64,000 bases of DNA from sequence record DRR723986_585; one strand, given 5' to 3'. The notes beneath the pieces are model-generated. The model saw only the letters and a program-made list of their open reading frames with translations. It had not been told where the DNA came from and ran no database searches. Positions 29,335 to 40,370 of the stretch are shown here, piece by piece (the first letter of the stretch is position 1; each line of letters opens with the position of its first letter). The translations under genes and the position numbers were made by a program.

Positions 29335-30255
29335 CTATAAGTATCTAGGCGATATAGTTTGTGTATTTTTCAAGTTGAAGTCGAATCCTAAGAATACTTC
29401 ATGAGACCCTTTGTTATAACCTCCTAATTTATTGTAGTTAATGTCATAAGCATAACCAACTCTCATATAATCGGTGATATTAATATCCGTCATTAATACT
29501 ATACTGGATTGATTTCTCACACCTATACCAAGCCAGAACCTTTTGTAAAATAAGGCAGATACGTTCAAATCTAAATTTACTGGGGCACCTGGAACAGCTT
29601 TCAACATAGCTGAAGGTTTCAAAACAAAATTTCTCTTGATTTCCCAAACGTAACCAGCATTAATCATAATATGTCTTCTTAAAGCCATATTAGTAACCGT
29701 AGTATCTGGATAATCTTTAAAATTAAAAGTATGTTTAGTAAGATGGTTAATAGCTAAACCAACAAAAAACTTTGTTTTATAGTAATAAGCACCAAAATCA
29801 AAAGAAGGAACCATGGCACCTTCTTTTCCACCAATATCCAATTGGTCAAAATCTTCTTTAAAGTTAAGCTTAGACCTGTCTAATACAGTGTTATATATTC
29901 CAGCCCTTAAACCAAATGCAAGTTTACTTTTATCAAACTTGATAATGTAAGCACCGGTTGCGGCCGCAACGATATTTCTTGATGGACCTATTTGATCATG
30001 AGCGAAATTTATTCCCCAAGCAATTCCAGACTTCGCAGCTGGGGCATGAACGGCAAAACTTTGAGTTGACGGTGCACCAGGCATTCCAACCCATTGACTT
30101 CTGTGTAAAAGCACGGCACTGTACGAATTTCGAGAGCCAGCGTAGGCAGGGTTTATGGCAAATGGATTAAACATATATTGGCTATATATTGCATCCTGCT
30201 GACCATAAGAATGACCTGCTAAAACAATCATTAGAAATAGAAATGCCTTTTTCAT
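29335..30255 (-). CDS. T9SS outer-membrane protein, PorP/SprF family
   Basis: QQDAIYSQYMFN...INPAYAG, RSQWVG, GYAYD, GSHEV, SPRYL. Confidence 0.95.
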   Translation of the reverse strand: MKKAFLFLMIVLAGHSYGQQDAIYSQYMFNPFAINPAYAGSRNSYSAVLLHRSQWVGMPGAPSTQSFAVHAPAAKSGIAWGINFAHDQIGPSRNIVAAATGAYIIKFDKSKLAFGLRAGIYNTVLDRSKLNFKEDFDQLDIGGKEGAMVPSFDFGAYYYKTKFFVGLAINHLTKHTFNFKDYPDTTVTNMALRRHIMINAGYVWEIKRNFVLKPSAMLKAVPGAPVNLDLNVSALFYKRFWLGIGVRNQSSIVLMTDINITDYMRVGYAYDINYNKLGGYNKGSHEVFLGFDFNLKNTQTISPRYL

Positions 30256-30374
30256 AATTTCTGGAATGCGTCTCAATTCAAGTAGTGTGAATTAAAGACT
30301 GGTTCAAATATATAGAATATTGCTTTCAAATTGACAAGATTCTGGGTTGGCTGGTAGTTTTTTTTTAACATAAG

Positions 30375-33300
30375 TTATTTAACCAATTGAATCCAACCAG
30401 CTTGATTCTGAGTCCCTCCTACTTCAACTACATAAAAATAAGTTCCTGCAGGCAATGGTTTATTTGCCTTGTTATTGCCCTCCCAATAAACTGTTGAATT
30501 GTCGTAATTGGTGAATTGAACCAGAATATCTCCCCAACGATTGTACACATAAACCATATTTTCAGGGAAGCCTTCTATTCCGTCAATTAACCAAATATCA
30601 TTAGTACCGTCTCCATTTGGAGAAAAAGCATTATATACCTCGACAAAACAGCTATCAGAAGGCAGAAAAGTTACTCTTAACGTGTCTTGAACTGAGCAAT
30701 TATATGCATCAATTATTTCAACATAAAAATCAGTTTCAAAGTTAACTGTAGCTTCTGGGTTCACAATGTCTACGTCTGTAATTATTTGGGTATCCATGTC
30801 CCATAAATAATTCACTCCACCACTCGCACCAAGTTGAATAGTTGATGATAAACAAGTCTCAATATCTGGATCTGCCATCATACCAGATATATCAGACAAA
30901 TAATAATTCATACTATCAGCTTCTGAAACACATCCGTCTATTGTAGTGGTGATCAAATAAAAATAATTATCTCCTGGATTTAGAGATAGCGGTGTAAAAT
31001 CAACAGTATTGGACACAACATTAGATTGATCGGCTGTATCAAACCATGTATATGAATCTGCTACCGTAGTTGTAGATAACTGATCGAAATTTTGACCAGG
31101 ACAATAAATTGAATCAGTGCTTGTAATCACAGGAGCTGCAGGCTGATCAAATATCTCAACTGAAGCGGTATGGGAACTAGGACATGTCCCATTTGTTGTG
31201 TAAGTTACTGAATGTGTTCCGGCAGCACCGGTCATGATTCCCGAAGTGGCGTCAATAGTGACTCCAGGACTAGCACTTGTCCATGTCCCACCAGGAGTTG
31301 CAGGTGAAATGTTAGGTGTTGAACCATTACAAAAATCATCATATACAAAAGACGAATCATCTACTGCGGCAGCAAGTACATAAACAGTTGAAGATTCATT
31401 ACAAATTCCAACTGTATATATTACCTCATAGGTAGTACCAATAGTTGTTCCAGACAATTCACCTGTCGTATTATTGATAGTGCCATTAGTGCACATCCAT
31501 GAACCACCAGGTTCGGCTATGTTATAAGGTAAAGGTGTATCTCCTGGACAAAAATCATCAAATGAAAAAGATTCATCAACAACATCTGTAATTTCTGGAA
31601 CTGTGAATGATTCGATTTGCGAGAAACATCCTAATTGATTATCAACAAGTCCAATATTATAAGTACCGGTGGTAATATTCAATGTGTCAATTTGCCCGTT
31701 ATAAGCGGCTCCATTACTGAATGAATAAGAATAATCATTGCTACCACCACCTGCATTTGTAGAGACCGTATCAATTGTAATTGACCCCAGCCCTAAACCG
31801 CAGGTGTCAGGAACAACTGTATATTGGAATGGCAATGCTGGACCTGCATTGATAGTCACAGATTCAGTTAAAACACAACCATTCACATAAGTTGCCTCTA
31901 CATTGTGAGTCCCGGTTGTAGTAAAAATGGTGTCTGGTAATACTATATTAGTTATCCCTCCATCAACTGAAGCAGTTAAAGGCTGAATATCATTCACCAC
32001 TATATATCCATTATTTGCGCCGAAGCAAGATTCATCCACTACATTGGTAACAGAGAATGTTGGGGCCGCTGTCACCGTATCATTTAACGAAAATTCTGAG
32101 GTGTTTGCAGCAGTTCCTGTCATTGTAGCAGCAATTATAGTCCCCACCGGTAGCACCACCCCTAAATCTAAATCAATGGTATCATAAGGATTTGAAGGAT
32201 TAAAGGTATAACTTCCTATAAAGATCTCACCTTCACCGTAACCATTTGCGTCAGGCACGGTGTTTTCATAAACATCAATTCTATACGTACCAATGGCGTT
32301 AGAAGAAAAATATTTAAATGCAATGTGAGTTGTGCCTCCACCGCCACAATTCCATGCTTCAAAAATTTCGGGGGCATCAATTAAACCATTGTTATCAAAA
32401 TTAAAGTTATTCGTGTCATTAGGAAGAATCATATTATCTCCATGAATATCAATGCCTAAATGTGTATTGTTATAAATTGAATTCCCGATTATTGGACAAC
32501 CATACGAAGATCCTATACCAAACCAATCAGTAACATCTACTCCGCCATCACAATTTGTAATCACATTTGCTGAATCTGTACCAACCGATAGACCACCAAC
32601 ATACGTTCCATTTGAATTTTGAATACTGATTCCAACGGAGTCAATAGCACCACTTGTTCCATTAGGTTTGATCCCTATTTCGTTTCCAAAAATTCGATTA
32701 TTAGGTGCATTTGCTAACAAAATACCGTAGCTGTTTAAGCCAACGATTGTGTTACCTTCATTTGGAAGGCCTCCACCTACAACATTATACTCCGCATTTT
32801 GAAGTATAGATACACCAACTCCGGCATTCGCATATATAGTATTACCATCTAAACCTAATCCAATAAAATTTCCTTCTACGTGATTGGAGTCTGTGTCTGC
32901 TCCATAAATCTTAACATAATCTGTAATATCTCCTCCAAAAATGTTTCTTTCAGAGGAGAGTGATCCACCAATAAAATTGTTGTTTGCACCATTCAAAATA
33001 TAAACTCCTGCAGATGCTGTGGAATAACCTACTGAGCCATCAAAGTCAACGCCAATATGATTGGCCTGAATTGTATTCTGTTTAGTTCCCGGTCCTTTAA
33101 TAACAATTTCAGAGTTTGAGTTTCCAGCAACAATGTTTTTTCCAATGATGAAATTACCTACTGAAGCTGTATCCAATACGACACCATCTAACTGATTGTT
33201 GGCTGCAGGATTACTCACTGAACCCTGACCTCCGAGTTCATCATTACCGATATAATTGTTTTCAATAATATTTGAAGATGAATTCTTCACATAAACCCCC

Positions 33301-36300
33301 GCATTTCCATTAGCAGTTATAACGTTTTCAAAGCCAATTCCAGGTGATCCAATGAAGTTGCCTGTTGAAGAACCATCAATACTGATCCCATTATTGCCAT
33401 TAGGAATATAGACGTTATTATCTTTCGATAGGCCAAAATTATTTCCTTCTATAAAATTACCAGATGAAGAATTTATCCAAAGTCCATCTTCAGTATTTCC
33501 GGCAACAACGTTACCTTCATTCATTTGCCAGTCACCACCAAAATTATTGCTTGAACTCCCAATAATAAACATTCCTGTTTCATTCCCGAATCCGGCCGGA
33601 GATGAGTTACCTGAAGTATCTGTTCCAATAAAATTGTTCTCAAAAACATTTCCATTAGAATTATTTTCAAGAATAATTCCTGCAACTTCATTTCCTGAGA
33701 TAATATTTCTTTCACCTGTTGAAGAATTTCCAATTTGATTAGTTGTAGAATTATCAAGGTACACTCCTATCAAATTTGGCGTTGGTATTGTTCCGGTTGC
33801 ATCTAAACCAATAAAATTCCCAATTACCGTGTTTCCTCCTGAGGACTGAAACCCTACTCCTATTGAGTCATTTCCAGAAATCACATTTCTTTGTCCGATA
33901 AGTGCCCCACCGACTGTATTACCAGTTGCTCCGTTTAAGAGAATTACTCCGTAAACATTACCGTTTTCTGGTCCTACTGAATTTCCATACACAAAATTGT
34001 TCTGAGCATTTCCAATTGCCACACCGAAGAAATTTCCAGAAACAATATTACCTTCATTAGTGCTTCCGCCTCCTACTACATTTCCTTGAGCGCTATTATT
34101 AATCCCAACTCCAACATTATTTGGAATGGAGTCACCCAAAACCGCATCCAATCCAATCACATTATTGATAACACTATTGCCGTTAGTGAAATTATCTTCG
34201 ATTCGAACTCCGTAATCATTTCCTGAAATTACGTTACGTTGAAAAGGGTTTACTCCTCCAACAATATTAGATATTGATCCGTTAGAAATTTCTATCCCAG
34301 CGTCTGTATTTCCTCTAGGGAACAGACCAGAAGTATCTGTACCAATCAGATTATTAACTATGCTTTGATTGAAACTTCCATCTATTAATACACCAACCAT
34401 ATTAGCACTAATTACATTATGTGCCCCTGAAGAACTAACACCGATTGGACTATTGCCAGCGGTAGAAGTAATTTCAACCCCTATTGGTTGTTGAATTGAA
34501 CCGGAAAAGCTATTCAAACTATCTAAACCAATTACATTCGAGGATATCGCATTATTGTTGGCGCCATTTTCTATCCTGATTCCAGCTTCATTATTTTGAT
34601 AAACAATGTTCCCAAAGGTACTCAATGGCATTTCGCCAATTATATTATTGGTAGTTGTTGCTCCTCTTAAAACCATTCCGACTTTTTGTAATGGAGAAGC
34701 CAAGGCATCTGCACCAATTACATTACCACCTACCAAATTTCCGTTTGCATGATCTATCAGGATACCTGTTGAATCGTTACCAGCAATATGATTAACATAC
34801 ATCCATCTCTCTCCTCCAATTTCATTCCCTTTTGCTCCTCCTTTGATTCCAATTCCAATATTTTGAGCGCCCATTCCGGAGATGTTTGCACCGGTCAAAC
34901 CTATAATATTTCCAGAAACATGATTCGAGTCGGCTTGATCTATCAAAACGCCATAGTTAACGTTTGATGAAATAGTATTCCCTAAATTCAAGGAAATGTC
35001 ACCCCCAATTTCGTTTTGTTCAGATCCTCCTGTGATTTCGATTCCAATAGCATTACTTGCAGGACTATTAGCTGTCACATTGACGCCTATGTAGTTAAAA
35101 GCCACTTGATTTAAGTCACTTCCTTGATCTATTAGAATCCCTTGATTAGTATTATTAGAAATGTAGTTCCTATTTCCGACACCAGCTGCACTGTATCCGA
35201 TAGTATTATTGTCAGAGTTTTCTAAAAGTACTCCGATTCCATTTGGAATTATAGCATTCCCGCTGTTAATACCAATGTAATTTGACCTTAAAACGTTATT
35301 GTCAGTACCATTTAAATAAATTCCGGAATTAGTATTTCCACCAATTATGTTGTGATTAGGTAACGCAAGGTCTCCTATTTCGTTCTGACCTGAAGGCCCG
35401 TCTATCTGAATTCCATGGACATTCGCCAAAAGTGCGTTTCCTGAGGTATTCCCGATTATATTTTTTAGAATTTGATTATTAAAAGCTGTCCCCGTTATGT
35501 GAACGCCAATTGGACTTGCTACAATAGTGTTGGATTCCGAACCGATTATATTGTCGTCTCCATCATTGATATGAATTCCAGACACATTGTTACCCGCTAT
35601 AGTACCGGCATTGGTGATACCTATGCTTGTAAATCCAACTTCCACATTATCAGACACATCTCCATTGATATAAATCCCGCTTTGACCGTTATTAACGATA
35701 ATATTTTCAGGAGCACTTGTCATACCAATATGAACTGTTGGAGCTTGAACTAGAATTCCATTAAGTGTATTCCCCATTCCTGATGTTACATCACTCGTTC
35801 CTACTCCAATTAAAAATCCATCCATTACCACATTAGGTGATAGAATATGAACACCGTTTTCTACACTTGCACAGATATAGTTTTCGGTTCCAGTAGCACC
35901 AGTTCCTAGTATTACATCATGATCATCAGTTATTCTTATTCCTGTTTGATTTCCTATTGGCGCACTTCCTGTTTTATCAGTTCCAATATAATTATTTTCA
36001 AATACCGTGTTGAATCCCGAAAACTCGCAGAACACTCCTGTATTCCCTGCCCCTGTATGACCAGATATGATATTTGCGAATGCGCCTGATCCTCCAACGA
36101 TAGTATTTGAAACGTTCTCAATTTTTAATCCATTCAATCCATTAGGAATAGCTGAGATACCATCTGCCCTCAAACCAATGTAATTCCCAAAAATATCAGT
36201 TGTACTCGCAAAATCTGTTATTAATATTCCATTCGTAGAATTCCCTGAAATAATATTCCCTTGACCTGCCAGAGAATCGCCTCCAATTACGTTATTAGAC

Positions 36301-38798
36301 CCTCCTTCAATTACAATACCAATCCCGTTCGCTAATTGATTTGAACCATTTTCATCCAAACCAATAATGTTACCTTGAATGACTTGTGAATTTGCACTAT
36401 CAATAAAAATTCCTGCTGTTGAGTTATCTGAAATTAAATTTCCTTGATTTGGACCTCCTATTGAACAACTGCTGGCATTTAATCCAATATATACTCCGAT
36501 ATTATTTCCAACAGTTCCCGACCCATTGTGATCAGTTCCTATAAAATTGTCAAAGACAAAGACTTGACCACCACTGGCTGGGATTGAAATGCCTTGGACA
36601 TTTCCGGAAATTATATTACGTCCATCATTGGTGCCATCTCCAATATTAACAGAATTAATGGCGGCCCCGTCTATAAGAATCCCATAGTTTGTAGTGCCTA
36701 AAGATGCAGTTCCTGTAGATTCTAAACCAATGTAATTTCCGTTAACAAATTCGTCACTTCCGTCAGCAAAATGGATATTTGCAAAGGTATTGGATGTAAT
36801 AATATTTCTTGTCGCATCTCCCAAGTTCCCTCCAATTTGGATACTTGAACCTCCATCTATTCTAATTCCTGTCTGGTTCGGTTGAGCTGAATTCCCTTCG
36901 AAATCCGTCCCAATTTTATTATGAATAATCACGGTTGAACCTGAAAAATATTCTAATATTCCAAAGCTTGAATTTCCACTAATGGTATTTCCTTGCAAAG
37001 GTGCGTGTCCTCCAATTTGATTATCTGACCCCCCATTTCTTATTCCACCAGCTCCTACAATCCCTCCAGAAATAAATGAAAAACCACTGGTATCAAGACC
37101 AATGATATTCCCCATAATTTTATTACTGGAGCCTAAAAGATCAACATTCACGCTATCTAATGCTCCACCAACACCATTACCTGAAATGACATTTCTATCC
37201 GAATTTAAAAATCCTCCAATGATACAGTCGGAGGCAGTAATTCTCACGCCAGTAGATTGATTTGGTTTGGCATTTTGATTTTGATCAATTCCAATCTGGC
37301 ATCCGATCATTTGGGTATTACTAGCAGCCAATAAAACACCGGAATCATTAAAATCTGTGATCCTAACTCCACTTAACACAGAGCCAGGCACTCCGACCAT
37401 TTGCACCCCAAAAGTATGCCCTAAAGTGTTGACAATATTCACTTCAATATGACCTCCGTTTAATCCCGTACCAGAATTTGATTTTGGTCCAGGTATTCTT
37501 GTGCCTGTTAGTGAATAGCCATCAATGTAAGTTGGAAATCCTGTTTCCAGAATTGGTTGTACAGGGTGAATTTCAAAACCAAGCGGTAAATCAAATTCAA
37601 CATAATTTTCTGGATTATAATTTTGAGCAACAGCCCATGGCAGCCTGCCTGGAACATTGTTATCACCTCCTGGATTTGTTACCCTCAACAGAGTGTATTC
37701 ACAGGCTCCGGCATCTCCGAATGGATTAAAATCAACACCTGCAGGGGTGTTGGAACTCAATTGACGCGGAGCACGTCTTGCATCTTTTAATGGTGCGGCA
37801 AGCCCCGTGTTTGGCACAATTCCACAATATGAAGAGGCTGAATCTACAATGGTAAAATATTTCAATCCATAACCATCTTCTACAATTGTAGCATGCAAAA
37901 AAGGCTGAACACTTGATGAGTTATCTCCAGGAGCACAACATCCCCATGGCATTGGTTCAGTGGTTCCATTATTTGGGGCAATAACATTTCCACCTTGACT
38001 TATAAAACCTGGGCCATCAAACTGGTTAATCCCTGGAGATCCATTTATGGCTCCTGCATTTCCTTTCATGTCCACATTTCCTCCTCCTGTTAACATTACT
38101 ACACAGGAACCATCTTGACTTGAGTTGTTATCCTTAAACGTGTTATGAACAAAGTTACTCTCTACATAACTTGTATTAATAGCAACGGCTCCACCGGAAA
38201 AGCCTGCACTCATGGCAGAATTATTGAAATAGGTACAGTTTGCCGATTTTAAAACGCCCTCTTGCACATATATCGCTCCTCCATATTGATCGGAAGAGTT
38301 ATTAATAAAAGAGCAAGCCAACAGCAGTAAGGGAGACACATTATCTCCTAAATAAAAGATAGCCCCACCATCAGAACCCGTCATTTGAAAATTTTCAAAA
38401 AGACAATTTTCAATATATACTTGACCTGTATTACCAACTATTCTCAGGGCCCTGTGTCCTGAACCACTCCCTTTAAATCCGATATTTTCAATTTTTAAAT
38501 TATTGGAGTTGGTAATATCAATTAAACTACCAGCAAAACCATTTCCAGAAATATTAAAGTAGGCGGGGTAAGGACCGATTACGGTGACATTTGTGGCAGA
38601 AAGAACCATTGTTGTGTTCAAAACCAAATTTCCAGCAACATTAACTATAACGGTATCACCAGAATTTGCACTATTTATTTCACCTTCAAAAGACCCAGGA
38701 CCATTAATGTTAAGGTTATTGACTACCTTAATTATTGAAAATCCCGATAACGAAAAGAATAATAGACATATAAATGTCAGGAATTGTAGTTTTTTCAT
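30375..38798 (-). CDS. 2807-aa beta-helix-repeat surface protein with T9SS type-B (gliding-motility-associated) CTD
   Basis: Signal peptide; many GN.IG.D..G / IGG...N.ISGN repeats; CTD NAFSPNGDGTND...YNRWG...GTYFY. Confidence 0.92.
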   Translation of the reverse strand: MKKLQFLTFICLLFFSLSGFSIIKVVNNLNINGPGSFEGEINSANSGDTVIVNVAGNLVLNTTMVLSATNVTVIGPYPAYFNISGNGFAGSLIDITNSNNLKIENIGFKGSGSGHRALRIVGNTGQVYIENCLFENFQMTGSDGGAIFYLGDNVSPLLLLACSFINNSSDQYGGAIYVQEGVLKSANCTYFNNSAMSAGFSGGAVAINTSYVESNFVHNTFKDNNSSQDGSCVVMLTGGGNVDMKGNAGAINGSPGINQFDGPGFISQGGNVIAPNNGTTEPMPWGCCAPGDNSSSVQPFLHATIVEDGYGLKYFTIVDSASSYCGIVPNTGLAAPLKDARRAPRQLSSNTPAGVDFNPFGDAGACEYTLLRVTNPGGDNNVPGRLPWAVAQNYNPENYVEFDLPLGFEIHPVQPILETGFPTYIDGYSLTGTRIPGPKSNSGTGLNGGHIEVNIVNTLGHTFGVQMVGVPGSVLSGVRITDFNDSGVLLAASNTQMIGCQIGIDQNQNAKPNQSTGVRITASDCIIGGFLNSDRNVISGNGVGGALDSVNVDLLGSSNKIMGNIIGLDTSGFSFISGGIVGAGGIRNGGSDNQIGGHAPLQGNTISGNSSFGILEYFSGSTVIIHNKIGTDFEGNSAQPNQTGIRIDGGSSIQIGGNLGDATRNIITSNTFANIHFADGSDEFVNGNYIGLESTGTASLGTTNYGILIDGAAINSVNIGDGTNDGRNIISGNVQGISIPASGGQVFVFDNFIGTDHNGSGTVGNNIGVYIGLNASSCSIGGPNQGNLISDNSTAGIFIDSANSQVIQGNIIGLDENGSNQLANGIGIVIEGGSNNVIGGDSLAGQGNIISGNSTNGILITDFASTTDIFGNYIGLRADGISAIPNGLNGLKIENVSNTIVGGSGAFANIISGHTGAGNTGVFCEFSGFNTVFENNYIGTDKTGSAPIGNQTGIRITDDHDVILGTGATGTENYICASVENGVHILSPNVVMDGFLIGVGTSDVTSGMGNTLNGILVQAPTVHIGMTSAPENIIVNNGQSGIYINGDVSDNVEVGFTSIGITNAGTIAGNNVSGIHINDGDDNIIGSESNTIVASPIGVHITGTAFNNQILKNIIGNTSGNALLANVHGIQIDGPSGQNEIGDLALPNHNIIGGNTNSGIYLNGTDNNVLRSNYIGINSGNAIIPNGIGVLLENSDNNTIGYSAAGVGNRNYISNNTNQGILIDQGSDLNQVAFNYIGVNVTANSPASNAIGIEITGGSEQNEIGGDISLNLGNTISSNVNYGVLIDQADSNHVSGNIIGLTGANISGMGAQNIGIGIKGGAKGNEIGGERWMYVNHIAGNDSTGILIDHANGNLVGGNVIGADALASPLQKVGMVLRGATTTNNIIGEMPLSTFGNIVYQNNEAGIRIENGANNNAISSNVIGLDSLNSFSGSIQQPIGVEITSTAGNSPIGVSSSGAHNVISANMVGVLIDGSFNQSIVNNLIGTDTSGLFPRGNTDAGIEISNGSISNIVGGVNPFQRNVISGNDYGVRIEDNFTNGNSVINNVIGLDAVLGDSIPNNVGVGINNSAQGNVVGGGSTNEGNIVSGNFFGVAIGNAQNNFVYGNSVGPENGNVYGVILLNGATGNTVGGALIGQRNVISGNDSIGVGFQSSGGNTVIGNFIGLDATGTIPTPNLIGVYLDNSTTNQIGNSSTGERNIISGNEVAGIILENNSNGNVFENNFIGTDTSGNSSPAGFGNETGMFIIGSSSNNFGGDWQMNEGNVVAGNTEDGLWINSSSGNFIEGNNFGLSKDNNVYIPNGNNGISIDGSSTGNFIGSPGIGFENVITANGNAGVYVKNSSSNIIENNYIGNDELGGQGSVSNPAANNQLDGVVLDTASVGNFIIGKNIVAGNSNSEIVIKGPGTKQNTIQANHIGVDFDGSVGYSTASAGVYILNGANNNFIGGSLSSERNIFGGDITDYVKIYGADTDSNHVEGNFIGLGLDGNTIYANAGVGVSILQNAEYNVVGGGLPNEGNTIVGLNSYGILLANAPNNRIFGNEIGIKPNGTSGAIDSVGISIQNSNGTYVGGLSVGTDSANVITNCDGGVDVTDWFGIGSSYGCPIIGNSIYNNTHLGIDIHGDNMILPNDTNNFNFDNNGLIDAPEIFEAWNCGGGGTTHIAFKYFSSNAIGTYRIDVYENTVPDANGYGEGEIFIGSYTFNPSNPYDTIDLDLGVVLPVGTIIAATMTGTAANTSEFSLNDTVTAAPTFSVTNVVDESCFGANNGYIVVNDIQPLTASVDGGITNIVLPDTIFTTTGTHNVEATYVNGCVLTESVTINAGPALPFQYTVVPDTCGLGLGSITIDTVSTNAGGGSNDYSYSFSNGAAYNGQIDTLNITTGTYNIGLVDNQLGCFSQIESFTVPEITDVVDESFSFDDFCPGDTPLPYNIAEPGGSWMCTNGTINNTTGELSGTTIGTTYEVIYTVGICNESSTVYVLAAAVDDSSFVYDDFCNGSTPNISPATPGGTWTSASPGVTIDATSGIMTGAAGTHSVTYTTNGTCPSSHTASVEIFDQPAAPVITSTDSIYCPGQNFDQLSTTTVADSYTWFDTADQSNVVSNTVDFTPLSLNPGDNYFYLITTTIDGCVSEADSMNYYLSDISGMMADPDIETCLSSTIQLGASGGVNYLWDMDTQIITDVDIVNPEATVNFETDFYVEIIDAYNCSVQDTLRVTFLPSDSCFVEVYNAFSPNGDGTNDIWLIDGIEGFPENMVYVYNRWGDILVQFTNYDNSTVYWEGNNKANKPLPAGTYFYVVEVGGTQNQAGWIQLVK

Positions 38799-38822
38799 GT
38801 TTAAATAGGCTTACAAACAATT

Positions 38823-38847
38823 GACGTCTAACTGACTTCAAAAGTTG
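38823..38847 (-). promoter_or_regulatory. Possible ECF-sigma promoter of the adhesin gene
   Basis: Minus strand CAAC-N17-CGTC, ending 24 nt before ATG 38798. Confidence 0.35.
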
Positions 38848-38907
38848 GGGCATCAATATAATAATCTTGAAATGTACGGATTTTAATTTTTTTATTTAAA
38901 ATTTCTG

Positions 38908-39837
38908 TTATTCAGGATTCCTCTGCTTTTCATTCATCCGAAGAATCCCTTTAAAAACTTGATTGATTACTAATGCCATTTTATTCAAGTCAAGGGTTTC
39001 AATGGTGTCTGATTTCTTATGATAGTGTGGATTACGATAAAACCCGGTATTCGTCACCATTACGGCACTATAATCAAACAGCCAATAATTCAAATGATCC
39101 GAAAAATCTATACCTGTCAATTTTGCCGGAGCCGTGAAATTTTTAGTTTTAATTAACTCCTTTTTATTGAAAGCTCGCTTAAATTTCTTGGCCATTTTTC
39201 CAGGCCCGAACTTTTTAACTAAAGTGATATAATCTCCGCGTCCTCCATAGAACATTTTTAATAAGCCTATGGGGTAATTTTGGGATTTTTTTTCATCTGA
39301 AAAATAGCCGATCATTTCGAGACAAATCATTCCAAATACCTCTTCATTATTATCTAACAAAGATTTAGCATGCACATAACTCCCCATCTTTTCAGATCTA
39401 AAAAAGGGAGGCTCTTCTAAGGTATATGCCACCAATTCAATTTGTAAATTGAGTTCAACACCTTTTAACATTCTGGCTATTTCAAGTAACCCAACTACTC
39501 CACTTGCATTATCATCTGCACCGTCTTGTCCACCACAAACATCATAGTGCGCACCTACCACTAATTTTGGATCTTCTTTTTTACCAAATCTGGCAATTAC
39601 ATTTTTATACTCATTGCCCTGTGCTTGATAATTTTGAAAACTTACATCCTCAGAATATTTGCCGAACTCATCATGGATATATTGAGCACATCCGTTCAAT
39701 GAACTCAAATTCAAATAATTTCTATTTGGAAAGTCATGAACAATGTTATTCATATGCTTTGAAACAGACAAAGAGTCGGCATCTTGTGCTAAACTGTTCA
39801 AAGTAAATGTCGTTATTAAAATTAAAAAAAATCTCAT
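38908..39837 (-). CDS. M28 family peptidase
   Basis: GAHYD, GADDNASG, EEPP, LEMIG, SDH, YHKKSD. Confidence 0.92.
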   Translation of the reverse strand: MRFFLILITTFTLNSLAQDADSLSVSKHMNNIVHDFPNRNYLNLSSLNGCAQYIHDEFGKYSEDVSFQNYQAQGNEYKNVIARFGKKEDPKLVVGAHYDVCGGQDGADDNASGVVGLLEIARMLKGVELNLQIELVAYTLEEPPFFRSEKMGSYVHAKSLLDNNEEVFGMICLEMIGYFSDEKKSQNYPIGLLKMFYGGRGDYITLVKKFGPGKMAKKFKRAFNKKELIKTKNFTAPAKLTGIDFSDHLNYWLFDYSAVMVTNTGFYRNPHYHKKSDTIETLDLNKMALVINQVFKGILRMNEKQRNPE

Positions 39838-40370
39838 CCAATAAATACCTCGGTAGCGCCACCCATTCCATATTCTGTATAGGCTGCATCCGCGTATTCT
39901 ATTTTTAATTCATGATAAACTGACAACTTGTTTAAGTAAGTATGAATTTCTGTTTTAAGCACGCCTTGTCCTTTGCCATGAATTAGAACAACACGTCTTT
40001 TATTACTATCTATAGCTCTTTGTATGAACTGCTTACAAGTTGACATTTGTTTCATGAGAATTTCATGATTTGTCATATCGCCGTGATAATCCACTAATTC
40101 CTCTATATGCAGATCAATTTCGTTTTTTCTGAGATTAGATTTAGGCGGCTTTATTACCCCTTTAATTTTTGACAAATTATCTTTCTCCAAACTAAGTCGC
40201 TTTAACTTATAAGCTTCTTCATCAGAACGTTTTGTTAATTCTGTGTTCCGATAAGATCTTTTAAACCCTTCTGAATCAATTAAGGTCACCAGCTGATTTT
40301 CAACTCGCTCTATTACTCCAATTATTGATTCATGAATAACGCTTACTTTATCGCCTACCTTAAAGTCCAT
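39834..40370 (-). CDS. Smr domain protein
   Basis: N-terminal FKVGDKV, IDLHIEEL, IHGKGQGVLK, GATEV. Confidence 0.9.
   Translation of the reverse strand: MDFKVGDKVSVIHESIIGVIERVENQLVTLIDSEGFKRSYRNTELTKRSDEEAYKLKRLSLEKDNLSKIKGVIKPPKSNLRKNEIDLHIEELVDYHGDMTNHEILMKQMSTCKQFIQRAIDSNKRRVVLIHGKGQGVLKTEIHTYLNKLSVYHELKIEYADAAYTEYGMGGATEVFIG

Noticed and set aside
30375-38798. CRISPR-like or tandem DNA repeats
   Set aside because: Repetition is at the protein level and degenerate in DNA; no fixed repeat-spacer pattern.
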